The position numbers and the translations under genes are program-made. DNA of 64,000 nt from Methanobacteriota archaeon (GTDB taxonomy: Archaea; JAADCQ01; Methanopyri; Methanopyrales; Methanopyraceae). Below the pieces are notes generated by a model. It had not been told where the DNA came from. It searched no databases and was given only the letters and a program-made list of their open reading frames with translations. The DNA lies in assembly GCA_027064305.1 (NCBI GenBank), contig JAMOPY010000023.1, forward strand, positions 1 through 64,000, written 5' to 3'. How positions within the stretch are numbered: position 1 is the stretch's first letter; the number at the start of each line of letters is the position of its first letter. Below are positions 47,533 through 56,571 of this stretch, piece after piece.

Positions 47533-48591
47533 GTGGACCTCTGGAAGCTCAACCGGAAGATGGCGCTGGCCACGGCCGCCGGCGTCGCCCTCCTCGCCCT
47601 GATGATCTGGTCGTTCAACCCGAGCCAGATAGCCTCCGCGCTCCGACGAGCGAACCCGTACATCCTGGTGCTGGCCACCCTCGCCCAGCTCGCCGACCTC
47701 CTCCTCTGGGCCGCCCGGTGGCACTTCGTGCTCCAACGAGCCGGCATCCGGGCCCCCTTCCGCCTCACCTTCCTGATTAATAACGCGTCGATGCTCATCA
47801 ACAACGTGACCCCGAGCGCCCGCAGCGGGGGCGAGCCCCTGCGCATCTACCTGCTCTCCCGACTCACCGGGTGCCGGGCCCGCGACGTGGCCTCCTCCGT
47901 GGTCATAGACCGGATCCTGGACTACTTCCCCCTCGTCGCGCTCCTGCTACTCGGACTCGCGTCGCTGCTCCAAAGCGGAAGCCGCATGACCCGACTGCTC
48001 GCGGCGGGCGTGCTGGTACTCACGCTCGCGCTCGCGTTTTCCGTCTGGATCATGGCCAACGAGAGGATAATTCTCCGTTTCGGCACGCTCCTCTCCCGAC
48101 TCCTGTCCCGAGCCCGACGGGACGACGTCGACGCGCGCCGCGTCGAGCGCTGGGTCCGGCGCTTCGTCCGCAACTTCCGGCGGCTGCTCTCCGACCCGTG
48201 CACGCTGGCCTGCGGCACCGCGATCTCCTCCGCCATCTGGACCTGCGAGGTCCTCCGCACCTACCTCGTCTTCACCGCCCTGGACCGCGCCGTGCCCCTG
48301 TCCGTGATCGTGGTGGGGTTCGCCGTCTCCATGCTCGTCGGCGCGCTGCCCCTGCTCCCCGGCGGCCTGGGCGCGATCGAGGTCTCCGCGGCCTCCGCGT
48401 ACGCGGCGCTGGGCGTCGATCGGGGCATCAGCGCCGCCGCGGTCCTACTTGACAGGGTAATCTCTTATTGGATGGTCAACGCGGTCGGGCTGGCGAGCCT
48501 ACTGCACATCTCTCGCAGGAGGGGCAGGGGAGAGCTGCACGATGCCGTACGAGCTGGGCAAAGTGGAGACGATCATTCGACCCTCCGATGA
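47533..48591 (+). CDS. UPF0104 / lysylphosphatidylglycerol synthase TM-region (flippase-like) protein
   Basis: ARW, NNVTPSARSGGEPLR, DRILD, PLLPGGLGAIE, DRVISYW. Confidence 0.87.
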   Translation: MDLWKLNRKMALATAAGVALLALMIWSFNPSQIASALRRANPYILVLATLAQLADLLLWAARWHFVLQRAGIRAPFRLTFLINNASMLINNVTPSARSGGEPLRIYLLSRLTGCRARDVASSVVIDRILDYFPLVALLLLGLASLLQSGSRMTRLLAAGVLVLTLALAFSVWIMANERIILRFGTLLSRLLSRARRDDVDARRVERWVRRFVRNFRRLLSDPCTLACGTAISSAIWTCEVLRTYLVFTALDRAVPLSVIVVGFAVSMLVGALPLLPGGLGAIEVSAASAYAALGVDRGISAAAVLLDRVISYWMVNAVGLASLLHISRRRGRGELHDAVRAGQSGDDHSTLR

Positions 48592-48898
48592 GGGGGTCGT
48601 GTCCGCCGACCAGCAGGTCCTCGCCACCGTCAGCCTGCACCGCGGGCCCACCATCATCGCCGAGGTGGACCCGCGCCTGGCCGGGGAGCTGGAGGAGGAC
48701 GACCACGTGATCGTGGACCTCCCGCTCGTCCCCTCCCCCAACGAGGCCCGCCCGCAGCCCAGGATAGTTAAAATTATTAAGGACGAAAAGCTCGTGAACC
48801 GGATGAAGGCGGAGATTGAGAAGGAGCCGGAGGCGGTCGTGCCCGCCGTCGTTCCCGGACACCCGCCCACACCCCCGCCGGAGGACATGTTCGGCTAA
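48542..48898 (+). CDS. Hypothetical small OB-fold-like protein with a Pro-rich tail ending MFG
   Basis: 118 aa with normal codon usage and GGGGAG SD upstream; beta-rich core followed by a helix and PPTPPPEDMFG. Confidence 0.7.
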   Translation: MPYELGKVETIIRPSDEGVVSADQQVLATVSLHRGPTIIAEVDPRLAGELEEDDHVIVDLPLVPSPNEARPQPRIVKIIKDEKLVNRMKAEIEKEPEAVVPAVVPGHPPTPPPEDMFG

Positions 48899-48922
48899 TT
48901 AGCGCCAAGGGGCCCACGATCG

Positions 48923-50806
48923 ATGATCTTCCGCCGCAAAAGGCCCGAGGAGGAGGATGAGGGCGAGGAGGGTCCCAAGCTCAAGCTGTCGGTCGGCGGT
49001 GGAGGGGACGAAGAGGAGGGAGGAGGGGACGAGGGACCACCCAAGCTAAAGCTCCCCAAGCCCGAGAAGGCCCGGGAGGAGCGAGAGGAAGGGGAAGGGG
49101 AGGAAGAGGAGGAGTCGGGCGGCGCGATCAAGCTCAAGCTCAAACCGCCCAAGCCGGAGGCCGCGGAGGAGGCCGAGGAGGAAGAGGAGGCCAAACCCGC
49201 CCCCGCCCCGGCCCCCGCGAGGGAGGAGGAAGAGGAGGAAGAGGAGCCCGAAGCGGCCCCGGGCTCCGAGGACCTGGAGCGGCTGAAGCGGGAGAACGAG
49301 CGACTCCGGCGCGAGCTGGAGGAGTGGAAGGACAAGGCCGAGAGCGCGATCGGGGAGCGCGACAGGCTCCGAGAGGAGGTCAAGCGCCTCAAGGAGGAGC
49401 TGAAGGAGCGGGAGGAGGAGCTGGACCGGTACGTCAAGGCCACCAAGCGCCTGAAGGAGAAGATCGAGGAGCTGAAGTCCAAGTACGAGGAGCTCAAGTC
49501 CAAGGCGGAGGAGTACCGGGAGAAGTACGAGGAGGCCACTCAGAAGCAGCAGGAGCTTAAGGACAAGCTGGAGGACCTATCCGAGCAGAACAAGAAGCTG
49601 GTGAAGAGCGTCAAGAAGCTCAAGAGCAAGTACGAGAAGATCAAGGAGGAGAAGGAGAAGCTCGAGCGCAAGCTGGAGGAGCTGTCCGAGGCGGAGGAGC
49701 GAATCGAGGAGCTCAAGTCCAAGATCGAGGAGCTGAAGCGGGAGCGCGACGAGCTCCGGAAGCAGCTCGAGCAGCTCTCCTCGGAGAACGAGCGGCTCCA
49801 GTCCAAGCTGAAGGAGGCGGAGAAGCGGATCAAGGAGCTGAGCTCCAAGCTCAAGGACCGCGAGAGGAAGCTCCGGAAGTCCCGGAAGCAGGTCAAGAAG
49901 CTGCGCCGGGAGCTCAAGCGGAAGGACGAGGAGATCGAGAGGCTCAAGAAGAAGGTCTCCCAGCTCACCGCCCAGATCAAGCGGTACGAGGAGGGCGAGC
50001 AGCTGCTCATCCCCGCCGGCACCGAGATGGCCGTGGCGCGCGTCAACGGCAGCCTCGTCGTGGGCAAGGACTCCTCCATCCAGTCGATGCACGACGAGGA
50101 ACCCATCCTCATCAAGGAGAGCGTCAGCATCCGGGACAACTCGCGCGTCCACGGCACCATCGTCGCCAAGGAGGTGGAGATCGGGAAGGGAGTCAAGGTG
50201 CTGGGCGACGTGATCTCCAAGGACGGTGTCCGGATCCGCGAGGGGGCCGAGATCACCGGTAACGTCGTCTCCCAGGACGCCGTCGAGCTCGGCTCGGGCG
50301 TGCGGATCGACGGGTCGGTCGTGGTCGGATCCGACGCCTCGCTGGCCAGCAACGTGAGCGTGTCCGGCATCATCGTCGCTCCGGGCAAGGTTAAGGCCTC
50401 GGACCGACTGTCCGCCTCCGCCGTCATCTGCAAGGAGCTGGAAACGACGGGCTCCGTCGAGTGCGAGTACATCCTCTCCGACGAGCGCGTCAAGCTCGGC
50501 GACGGCAGCACCGTGAAGACCGTCATCGTGAAGGAGGGCCCCGTCGAGCAGGGCGCCAGCTCCTGCATCTACAACGGGTCGCTGTCCGTCCGGGACGCCG
50601 ACGGGCTCACCCTGTACGTGGACGGTGACGCGTTCGACACGCCCGAGGCCAACGACGTCCTGAAGAAGATCCTCTCCCGCACCGAGTTCCTGGGGCCGCT
50701 GAAGCTCGTGGACGACCGCAACAGCGCCCGGTTCGTGCTGGAGAGCCTCACCGACATCGGCGTCTCCGAGCTGGTCCGGGAGATCCGGGAGGAGCTCGGC
50801 GTCTAG
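48923..50806 (+). CDS. Acidic N-terminus + long coiled coil + bactofilin-like (polymer-forming) beta-helix protein
   Basis: About 240 aa of E/K heptads; C-terminal ~17-aa repeats (VHGTIVAKEVEIGKGVKVLGDVISKDGVRIREGAEITGNVV). Confidence 0.8.
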   Translation: MIFRRKRPEEEDEGEEGPKLKLSVGGGGDEEEGGGDEGPPKLKLPKPEKAREEREEGEGEEEEESGGAIKLKLKPPKPEAAEEAEEEEEAKPAPAPAPAREEEEEEEEPEAAPGSEDLERLKRENERLRRELEEWKDKAESAIGERDRLREEVKRLKEELKEREEELDRYVKATKRLKEKIEELKSKYEELKSKAEEYREKYEEATQKQQELKDKLEDLSEQNKKLVKSVKKLKSKYEKIKEEKEKLERKLEELSEAEERIEELKSKIEELKRERDELRKQLEQLSSENERLQSKLKEAEKRIKELSSKLKDRERKLRKSRKQVKKLRRELKRKDEEIERLKKKVSQLTAQIKRYEEGEQLLIPAGTEMAVARVNGSLVVGKDSSIQSMHDEEPILIKESVSIRDNSRVHGTIVAKEVEIGKGVKVLGDVISKDGVRIREGAEITGNVVSQDAVELGSGVRIDGSVVVGSDASLASNVSVSGIIVAPGKVKASDRLSASAVICKELETTGSVECEYILSDERVKLGDGSTVKTVIVKEGPVEQGASSCIYNGSLSVRDADGLTLYVDGDAFDTPEANDVLKKILSRTEFLGPLKLVDDRNSARFVLESLTDIGVSELVREIREELGV

Positions 50807-51876
50807 GCGAGCAGGCCCCGCCTCCTCCCCACGTACCAGTGCACCGACCGACCTTCCCGCTCGAACCCCCTACCCCGAATTCTCCACCCCTTCCCCTCCC
50901 TGAAGGCCCTGCACAGCTCCCTACCGGACCCCCCGCCCAACGTCAGCTCGTTCTCGTCCTCCAGGTACCGGACGGTGACCTCCTCCCCGCTCCCGACCCT
51001 CACCCGCTCCTTCACCCGACCGTTCACCTTCAGCACCGCACGATCCGACTCCAGCACCAGCTCGTAAAAGTCCAGGTGATCCACCACCTCACTCCCGACC
51101 ACGAGCGAACGCTCCGGCACGTCCCCCTCCACCCTGGCCCCCGCCCCGATCACCGACCAGCGACCCACGCGCGCCCCGCGCACGAGGGCTCGCATCCCCA
51201 CGAAGCAGCGCTCTCCCACCCGGGACGACTCCACCCGCGCCCCGTCGCCGACGAACGTCAACGGCCCCAGCTCCGCGTCCCGGACGGTGCAGTGGGCGGA
51301 CACGCTCACCCGCTTGTGCAGCACCGAGCCGACGACCCGGCTGAAGTTGGAGACCATCGCGCCGCCGTGCACGGTGGACCGCGAGAGCTCCGTGAAGGCC
51401 GCGATCCGGGCGTTGCCCCGCACGCGCACGTTCCGAGCGCGCGCGTGCTGCGGGTGCTTGAAGGCGGGACACTCGAAAACGTCATCCCGTTTCCTGATCT
51501 TGAACCACCGATTCGCCGGAGCGCGCTCCGGATCCACCACCACGGTCAGGTCCAGGAACACCCGGCGACCCCACCACCGCTCCAGCCTCCTGCGCGCCTC
51601 CACCCCGATCCTACGCACCGTGCGGCCGCCGCGACCGATCACGGTGCCCTTGAGCGACTCCTTGTGAACGACCAGCTCCGCCCGCACGTACAGGACGTCG
51701 CGCCGCCTCAGCCCGGGTCGAACCTCGAGAACGTCCACCCCCACCTCCCGGGGCAGCGAGCCGTGGAGCACGCGCCGGAGGGCCTCCCGGATGGCCCGGC
51801 GCGCGTCACTCCTCCACCGGGACGATGTAGTACTCGTAGTTCGGTCTCCGCTGCGCCCGGACCGCCTCCTGCTCAC
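50803..51876 (-). CDS. Era-type KH domain fused to a left-handed beta-helix (hexapeptide) domain
   Basis: IREAL...LPREV...LYVRAELVVHKESLKGTVIGRGG...IGVEARRRLE...VFLDLTV, followed by LGPLTFVGDGA/VGERCFVGMRA/VGRWSVIGAGA repeats. Start uncertain. Confidence 0.75.
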   Translation of the reverse strand: MSRRRSGRSGDRTTSTTSSRWRSDARRAIREALRRVLHGSLPREVGVDVLEVRPGLRRRDVLYVRAELVVHKESLKGTVIGRGGRTVRRIGVEARRRLERWWGRRVFLDLTVVVDPERAPANRWFKIRKRDDVFECPAFKHPQHARARNVRVRGNARIAAFTELSRSTVHGGAMVSNFSRVVGSVLHKRVSVSAHCTVRDAELGPLTFVGDGARVESSRVGERCFVGMRALVRGARVGRWSVIGAGARVEGDVPERSLVVGSEVVDHLDFYELVLESDRAVLKVNGRVKERVRVGSGEEVTVRYLEDENELTLGGGSGRELCRAFREGKGWRIRGRGFEREGRSVHWYVGRRRGLLA

Positions 51877-52315
51877 ACACGTACACCACCAGGCAGGGGT
51901 GCGGGGCCTCCACGTACCGGACGTCTCCCCGCCGCGTCGTGATCGCGGCCAGCGGGTCCCCCTTCCTGAGCCGGTCCCCCACGTCGGCGATCGGGGTGAC
52001 CACGTACCCCTCCACCGGGACCTGGTACACCCGCTCCCCGGGCCGCAGGAACACCAGCGATCTCCGGTCCGGCGGCTCGATGATCACGTGCCGGGTGACG
52101 CGGGCCTCCATGGCATCGAACGCGGCCCTCGCCTCCTCGTACACGACCTTGCGGCAGACGACCGGTTCCTCCAGCTCCTCGAGCAGACGCTCGGCCAGCT
52201 CCCGCGAGCGCACGACGATACGGTGCTCCTCGTCCGTCAGTATGAACTCCTCGTCCGGGAGCCCATCCTCGACCTCCTCCTCGTCCACCTCCAGGAAAAA
52301 CCGGGGTAGGGGCAA
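51806..52315 (-). CDS. DUF2118 family protein (biotinyl/lipoyl-like fold)
   Basis: PVEGYVVTPIADVGDRL.KGD.LA..TTRRGDVRY..AP. Confidence 0.75.
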   Translation of the reverse strand: MPLPRFFLEVDEEEVEDGLPDEEFILTDEEHRIVVRSRELAERLLEELEEPVVCRKVVYEEARAAFDAMEARVTRHVIIEPPDRRSLVFLRPGERVYQVPVEGYVVTPIADVGDRLRKGDPLAAITTRRGDVRYVEAPHPCLVVYVCEQEAVRAQRRPNYEYYIVPVEE

Positions 52316-52328
52316 CGCCCGACACTCC

Positions 52329-53303
52329 CTAGAACTCCCGCTCGACCACGAAGTCCGCCACCGCCTCGAGGAACTCCCGGTGCTCGTTCCCCGGCAGCCG
52401 ACTCAGGGCCTCCTTCGCGGCCTCCGCGTACTCGCGCGCCCGCTCCCGGGCGTAGTCTATCGCCCCGAGCTCCCGAAGGATCTCGATCACCTCCAGCACC
52501 TCCTCCCGGGAGGCGTCCTCGTTGCCCAGCACGCTCAGGATCCGCTCCCGCTGCCCCTCGTCCGCCCGCTCCAGCCCCTTGATGATGATGAGCGTCTTCT
52601 TGCCCTCGACGATGTCGCTGCCGACCGGCTTGCCCAGCTTCGACTCGTCCCCCACCAGGTCCAGGACGTCGTCCTGGATCTGGAAGGCGATACCGAGGTT
52701 CTCCCCGTACTCGGCCAGCGCGGTCAGCTGGTCGTCGTCGGCCCCCGCCTTGAGCCCGCCGACCACGCAGGAGGCTCGGATGAGCGCGGCCGTCTTCTTG
52801 CGCACCATCTCCAGGAACTCCTCCTCCGTCACGTCATCCCGCTCCTCGAACTCCAGGTCCATGGCCTGCCCCTCGCAGATCTCCGTGCAGGCGCGGGCCA
52901 GCTCCCTCACCACCCGGATGTCCCCGCCCTCGGCGGCCACCTCGAACGCCTTGGAGAAGAGCGTGTCCCCGGCGAGGATGGCGACGGGGACGTTCCAGCG
53001 GACGTGGACCGCCTCCACGCCGCGACGCTCCTCGTCCTCGTCCATGATGTCATCGTGGATCAGCGTGAACGTGTGGATGAGCTCCACGGCGGCCGCCTCC
53101 GGGAGCACGTCCTCCGGGGCGCCGCCCAGGGCCTGGCAGGACTTGATGGCGAGCAGGGGCCGGAAGCGCTTGCCCCCGGCCTCAATCAGGTGCCAGCAGG
53201 CGTCGTACAGCTCCGCGGCCCCACCCCGGGGCAGCACCTCCCGGATCTTGTCGTCCACCAGCTCCCCGGCCCGCTCCAGCTCCTCGAGCACCCGATCATG
53301 CAT
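52329..53303 (-). CDS. idsA: Geranylgeranyl diphosphate synthase
   Basis: GGKRFRP, LIHDDIMD..RRG, GQAMD, KTAAL, FQIQDD, GKPVGSDI.EGK. Confidence 0.96.
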   Translation of the reverse strand: MHDRVLEELERAGELVDDKIREVLPRGGAAELYDACWHLIEAGGKRFRPLLAIKSCQALGGAPEDVLPEAAAVELIHTFTLIHDDIMDEDEERRGVEAVHVRWNVPVAILAGDTLFSKAFEVAAEGGDIRVVRELARACTEICEGQAMDLEFEERDDVTEEEFLEMVRKKTAALIRASCVVGGLKAGADDDQLTALAEYGENLGIAFQIQDDVLDLVGDESKLGKPVGSDIVEGKKTLIIIKGLERADEGQRERILSVLGNEDASREEVLEVIEILRELGAIDYARERAREYAEAAKEALSRLPGNEHREFLEAVADFVVEREF

Positions 53304-53319
53304 TTCCCTCTCCCCTTTT

Positions 53320-54672
53320 TCAGATGGGTAACTCGATCCGGGTGCCGTCCAGCGTTAGGAACAGGTCCGTATTGATTTCGTACCCCTCCTGCGTGGCCAG
53401 CTCCGCGTAGGCCGCCAACATGTCCGGGTCCCCGTGCGCCGGCACGATGAACTCGGGCTGCAGCATGCGGAGCAGGAGCCGATGGTCCTCCCGGCCGGCG
53501 TGCCCGGAGACGTGCACGTCCTTGAACATCTTCACGCCCTTCAACCGGAGCTTGGTCTCGAGCTTGTACCGGTTGGACCGGTTAATGGGGGACGGGATGA
53601 CGGAGGAGGAGAAGATCACCCCGTCCTGCTCGGTCAACCGGTAGGGGAGCTCGTCGTCCGCCATCCGGGTCAGCACGGCGCCGGGCTCGCCCTGGTGCCC
53701 CGTCACGATGAGCAGGTACTCCTCCTTCTCCTCGCACGCGCGCTCCAACCCGCGCCGGATCGTGTCCGGCTTGTCGTAGATCCGCGCCCCGGCCGGCAGG
53801 TTCAGCAGTCCCAGCTCCTCGGCCACGCGGCCGTACTTGCCCAGGGAGCGACCCGCGAGCACGACCCGCCGACCGAGCCGGTCCGCGGTGTCCGCGATGG
53901 CCTGAATGCGCTCGATGTGCGAGGAGAACGTGGTCACGATGATCCCCTCGGTCTCCTCGTCCGCGAAGCGCAGGACGTCGCTGACCATCTCCCGGGCCAC
54001 GGACTCGGACGGGGTCTTGATCTCCTCGGCGACCCGAAGACTCTCCGGGATGAGCAGCAGCACGCCCTCCTTACCCAGCTGCTTCAACCGCTTGTAGTCC
54101 GGCTGGTAACCGATCATCTGGCGATCGTCGAACTTGAAGTCGCACGCGTACACGATCGCCCCGTAAGGGGTGTGAAGGACCGGCAGCACGCTGCCCGGGA
54201 TGCTGTGGCTGATGGGCACGAACTCCAGCCGCAGCCGCCGCGAGATCTGCACCTCGTCCCCCGGCTCGACCGCGTACAGGTTCATCCGCACCTCCTCGGC
54301 CTCCTCCGCGTACCGCTCCTCGTTCTCCAGGTCCCGCTTCACCAGCTCGATGGTGAACCGGGTCCCGAACACCGGGCACCGGTACCGGAACAGGAGCTTG
54401 GGGACGGCGCCGATGTGATCCAGGTGCGCGTGCGAGAGGGCCACGGCCACCGCCTTGGACCGGTACCGACGCAGTATCGTGTCGTCCGGGATCGCCTTCA
54501 CGTCCCGCAGCTCCCGGGTGGACGCCTTGGGGAAATCCTTCCGGAACACGAGGGACTTGTCCAGCGACATGCCGCAGTCGAAGATCACGAGCTCGTCGTC
54601 CACCCGCACGGCCGTCATGTTCCGGCCACCGGCCTCCCCGTACCCTCCGACCGCGAACACCTCCACGCCCAA
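53320..54672 (-). CDS. rnj: Ribonuclease J (beta-CASP metallo-beta-lactamase)
   Basis: HAHLDHIG, HSIP, DFKFD, TTFSSHI, GHQGEP, HVSGH, PAHG. Confidence 0.93.
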   Translation of the reverse strand: MGVEVFAVGGYGEAGGRNMTAVRVDDELVIFDCGMSLDKSLVFRKDFPKASTRELRDVKAIPDDTILRRYRSKAVAVALSHAHLDHIGAVPKLLFRYRCPVFGTRFTIELVKRDLENEERYAEEAEEVRMNLYAVEPGDEVQISRRLRLEFVPISHSIPGSVLPVLHTPYGAIVYACDFKFDDRQMIGYQPDYKRLKQLGKEGVLLLIPESLRVAEEIKTPSESVAREMVSDVLRFADEETEGIIVTTFSSHIERIQAIADTADRLGRRVVLAGRSLGKYGRVAEELGLLNLPAGARIYDKPDTIRRGLERACEEKEEYLLIVTGHQGEPGAVLTRMADDELPYRLTEQDGVIFSSSVIPSPINRSNRYKLETKLRLKGVKMFKDVHVSGHAGREDHRLLLRMLQPEFIVPAHGDPDMLAAYAELATQEGYEINTDLFLTLDGTRIELPI

Positions 54673-54675
54673 CCG

Positions 54676-55791
54676 CTAACACCCCTGACGGCGATCGCCC
54701 GAGCAGACCCGCTCGGGATCGATCCCTCGACACTCCAACCACTCCTTAAGCCGCCCGTGAACCACGATCGGAACCCTGCTCATCTCCTCCACGGTCCGGC
54801 ACCCGGTCATCAGCATCGCGATCCTGGCCTCCCTGGCCACGGTCCGCAGGAACCGCACGCACCCCGACACGCCCTCGGACAGCACCTTCCGAAGCACCGG
54901 CAGGGCCATCCCCGCGCAGTCCCCGCCCAGCGCCAGCACCTTCGCCACGTCCAGCCCATCCCGCACGCCGCCGGTCCCGATCACGGGAACGTCGGGCCCC
55001 ACCACCCGCCTCACCTCCAGGATCGAGGCGGCGGTCGGCACCCCCCACCGCGAGAACGCGCGGCCCACGGGCGCCTCCCCGTGCGCCCGAGAGCGCACGG
55101 ACTCCACCACCGCCCAGTTCGTGCCGCCCGCCCCGCCCACGTCGATCCCGTCCACGACGTCCTTGACCAGCTCCGCGTCCTCGGCCGACACGCCCGTCCC
55201 CGTCTCCTTCAACACCACGGGCACGTCCACGGCCTCCCGCACCTCCTCCAGCGTTTCCACGAACCCCGACGCGTCGGGCTCCCCCTCCAGCTGCACCGCC
55301 TCCTGCAGCACGTTCACGTGCACGGCCAGCGCGTCCGCGTCCACCATGTCCACGACCTCCACCGCCAGGTCCGCCCCACCCTCCCGCAACTGCGGCAGCC
55401 CGATGTTCGCCAGCACCAACCCGTCCGGGTACTCCTCCCGCACGACCTCGAACGTCCACCGCACCTCCGGATCCTCCACCCCCGCCCGCTGACTACCCAC
55501 GCCGATCCCGATCCCCAGCTTCCGCGCGACCACCCCCAGCCTCCGGTTGATCTCCCCCGTCTTCGGGTGACCGCCCGTCATCCCCGCGATGATGAGCGGA
55601 AACGACAGCTCCTTCCCGAACAACCGCACCCGCGTGTCCACCTCATCCATGTCCAGCTCCGGCAGCGCCCGGTGCACCAGGTGCACGCACTCAAAGAGCG
55701 GGCTCGCGTCGGACTCCACGTCCTCCCACACGCAGGCCAACACGTGCTCCCACTTCCGCTCCCTAGTCCCGCCGGACCACCCGCGTTCCAA
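54676..55791 (-). CDS. fni: Type 2 isopentenyl-diphosphate delta-isomerase
   Basis: RKWEH, AGMTGG, GSQRA, HVNVLQE.VQ.EG, KETG, GAGGTNW. Confidence 0.96.
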   Translation of the reverse strand: MERGWSGGTRERKWEHVLACVWEDVESDASPLFECVHLVHRALPELDMDEVDTRVRLFGKELSFPLIIAGMTGGHPKTGEINRRLGVVARKLGIGIGVGSQRAGVEDPEVRWTFEVVREEYPDGLVLANIGLPQLREGGADLAVEVVDMVDADALAVHVNVLQEAVQLEGEPDASGFVETLEEVREAVDVPVVLKETGTGVSAEDAELVKDVVDGIDVGGAGGTNWAVVESVRSRAHGEAPVGRAFSRWGVPTAASILEVRRVVGPDVPVIGTGGVRDGLDVAKVLALGGDCAGMALPVLRKVLSEGVSGCVRFLRTVAREARIAMLMTGCRTVEEMSRVPIVVHGRLKEWLECRGIDPERVCSGDRRQGC

Positions 55792-56491
55792 CGCGCTCCC
55801 CCCGCAGGAACCTATCCACGTTGTCCGGATCGCTCGCGTCGAAGAGGAGCACTTCTACCCCGGCCTCCGCGATCCGAGCCGCCCGCCGCAGCTTCTCCGC
55901 AATCCCTCCCGTCACGTCCACCCCGGCCGCTCCCTCCAACCGCTCCGCCAGCGCCCGCGCCTCCCCCGGGGTCAACTCCTTAAACGGCTCCCCCACCCCC
56001 GGCCGCTCCGGGTACACCCCGTCCACGTCCATCCCGAAGCCCACCCGATCCACCCGCAGCACCGCCAACCGCTCCAGAATCTCATCCCCCGACATGATCC
56101 GGAACCCGTCCCCGGCCGGCACCACGTCCCCGTACAACATCGGCACGCAGCCCCGCTCCAACACCTCCACCACCACGTTCACCGAGCGCAGCAACACCGC
56201 CGGCGGCAGCGCGTACACCCGCACCCCCGCCTCCACCGCCGCCCGCTCCATCACCCCCACCAACTCGTGCATCGCCTCCCGAACCCGCGTAACCCCCTCC
56301 TCCAACGACCCCACCCGACGGGCCTCGTAGTGCCCGAACGAGCCCCCACCGTGCACCAGGATCAGCCGACCCTCCCAGCCCACCAGCCGCTGCATGAGCT
56401 CCCGGATCAACCCCTCCCGGGCCGTCCTCGGCCGACGCTTGTCCGTGATCACGCTGCCCCCCAGCTTCAACGCCCGGATCAGCCCCACCAC
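55763..56491 (-). CDS. Isopentenyl phosphate kinase
   Basis: LKLGGSVITDK, HGGGSFGH, GDVV, SGDE, DVTGGI..K; upstream of fni. Confidence 0.92.
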   Translation of the reverse strand: MVGLIRALKLGGSVITDKRRPRTAREGLIRELMQRLVGWEGRLILVHGGGSFGHYEARRVGSLEEGVTRVREAMHELVGVMERAAVEAGVRVYALPPAVLLRSVNVVVEVLERGCVPMLYGDVVPAGDGFRIMSGDEILERLAVLRVDRVGFGMDVDGVYPERPGVGEPFKELTPGEARALAERLEGAAGVDVTGGIAEKLRRAARIAEAGVEVLLFDASDPDNVDRFLRGERVGTRVVRRD

Positions 56492-56495
56492 CCCC

Positions 56496-56555
56496 GGCGA
56501 TGAGGACACCCGAGGCCTCGGGGAACCGATGACCGAAGCGGTGGGCGACCGAGCC
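56496..56555 (+). ncRNA. Box C/D guide sRNA upstream of thiI
   Basis: GGC-G-ATGAGGA(C)-CACCCGAGGCCTCG-GGGA(D')-ACCG-ATGACCGA(C'-like)-AGCGGTGGGCGA-CCGA(D)-GCC. Confidence 0.7.
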
Positions 56556-56571
56556 CCTCGGGGGCCGCCCC

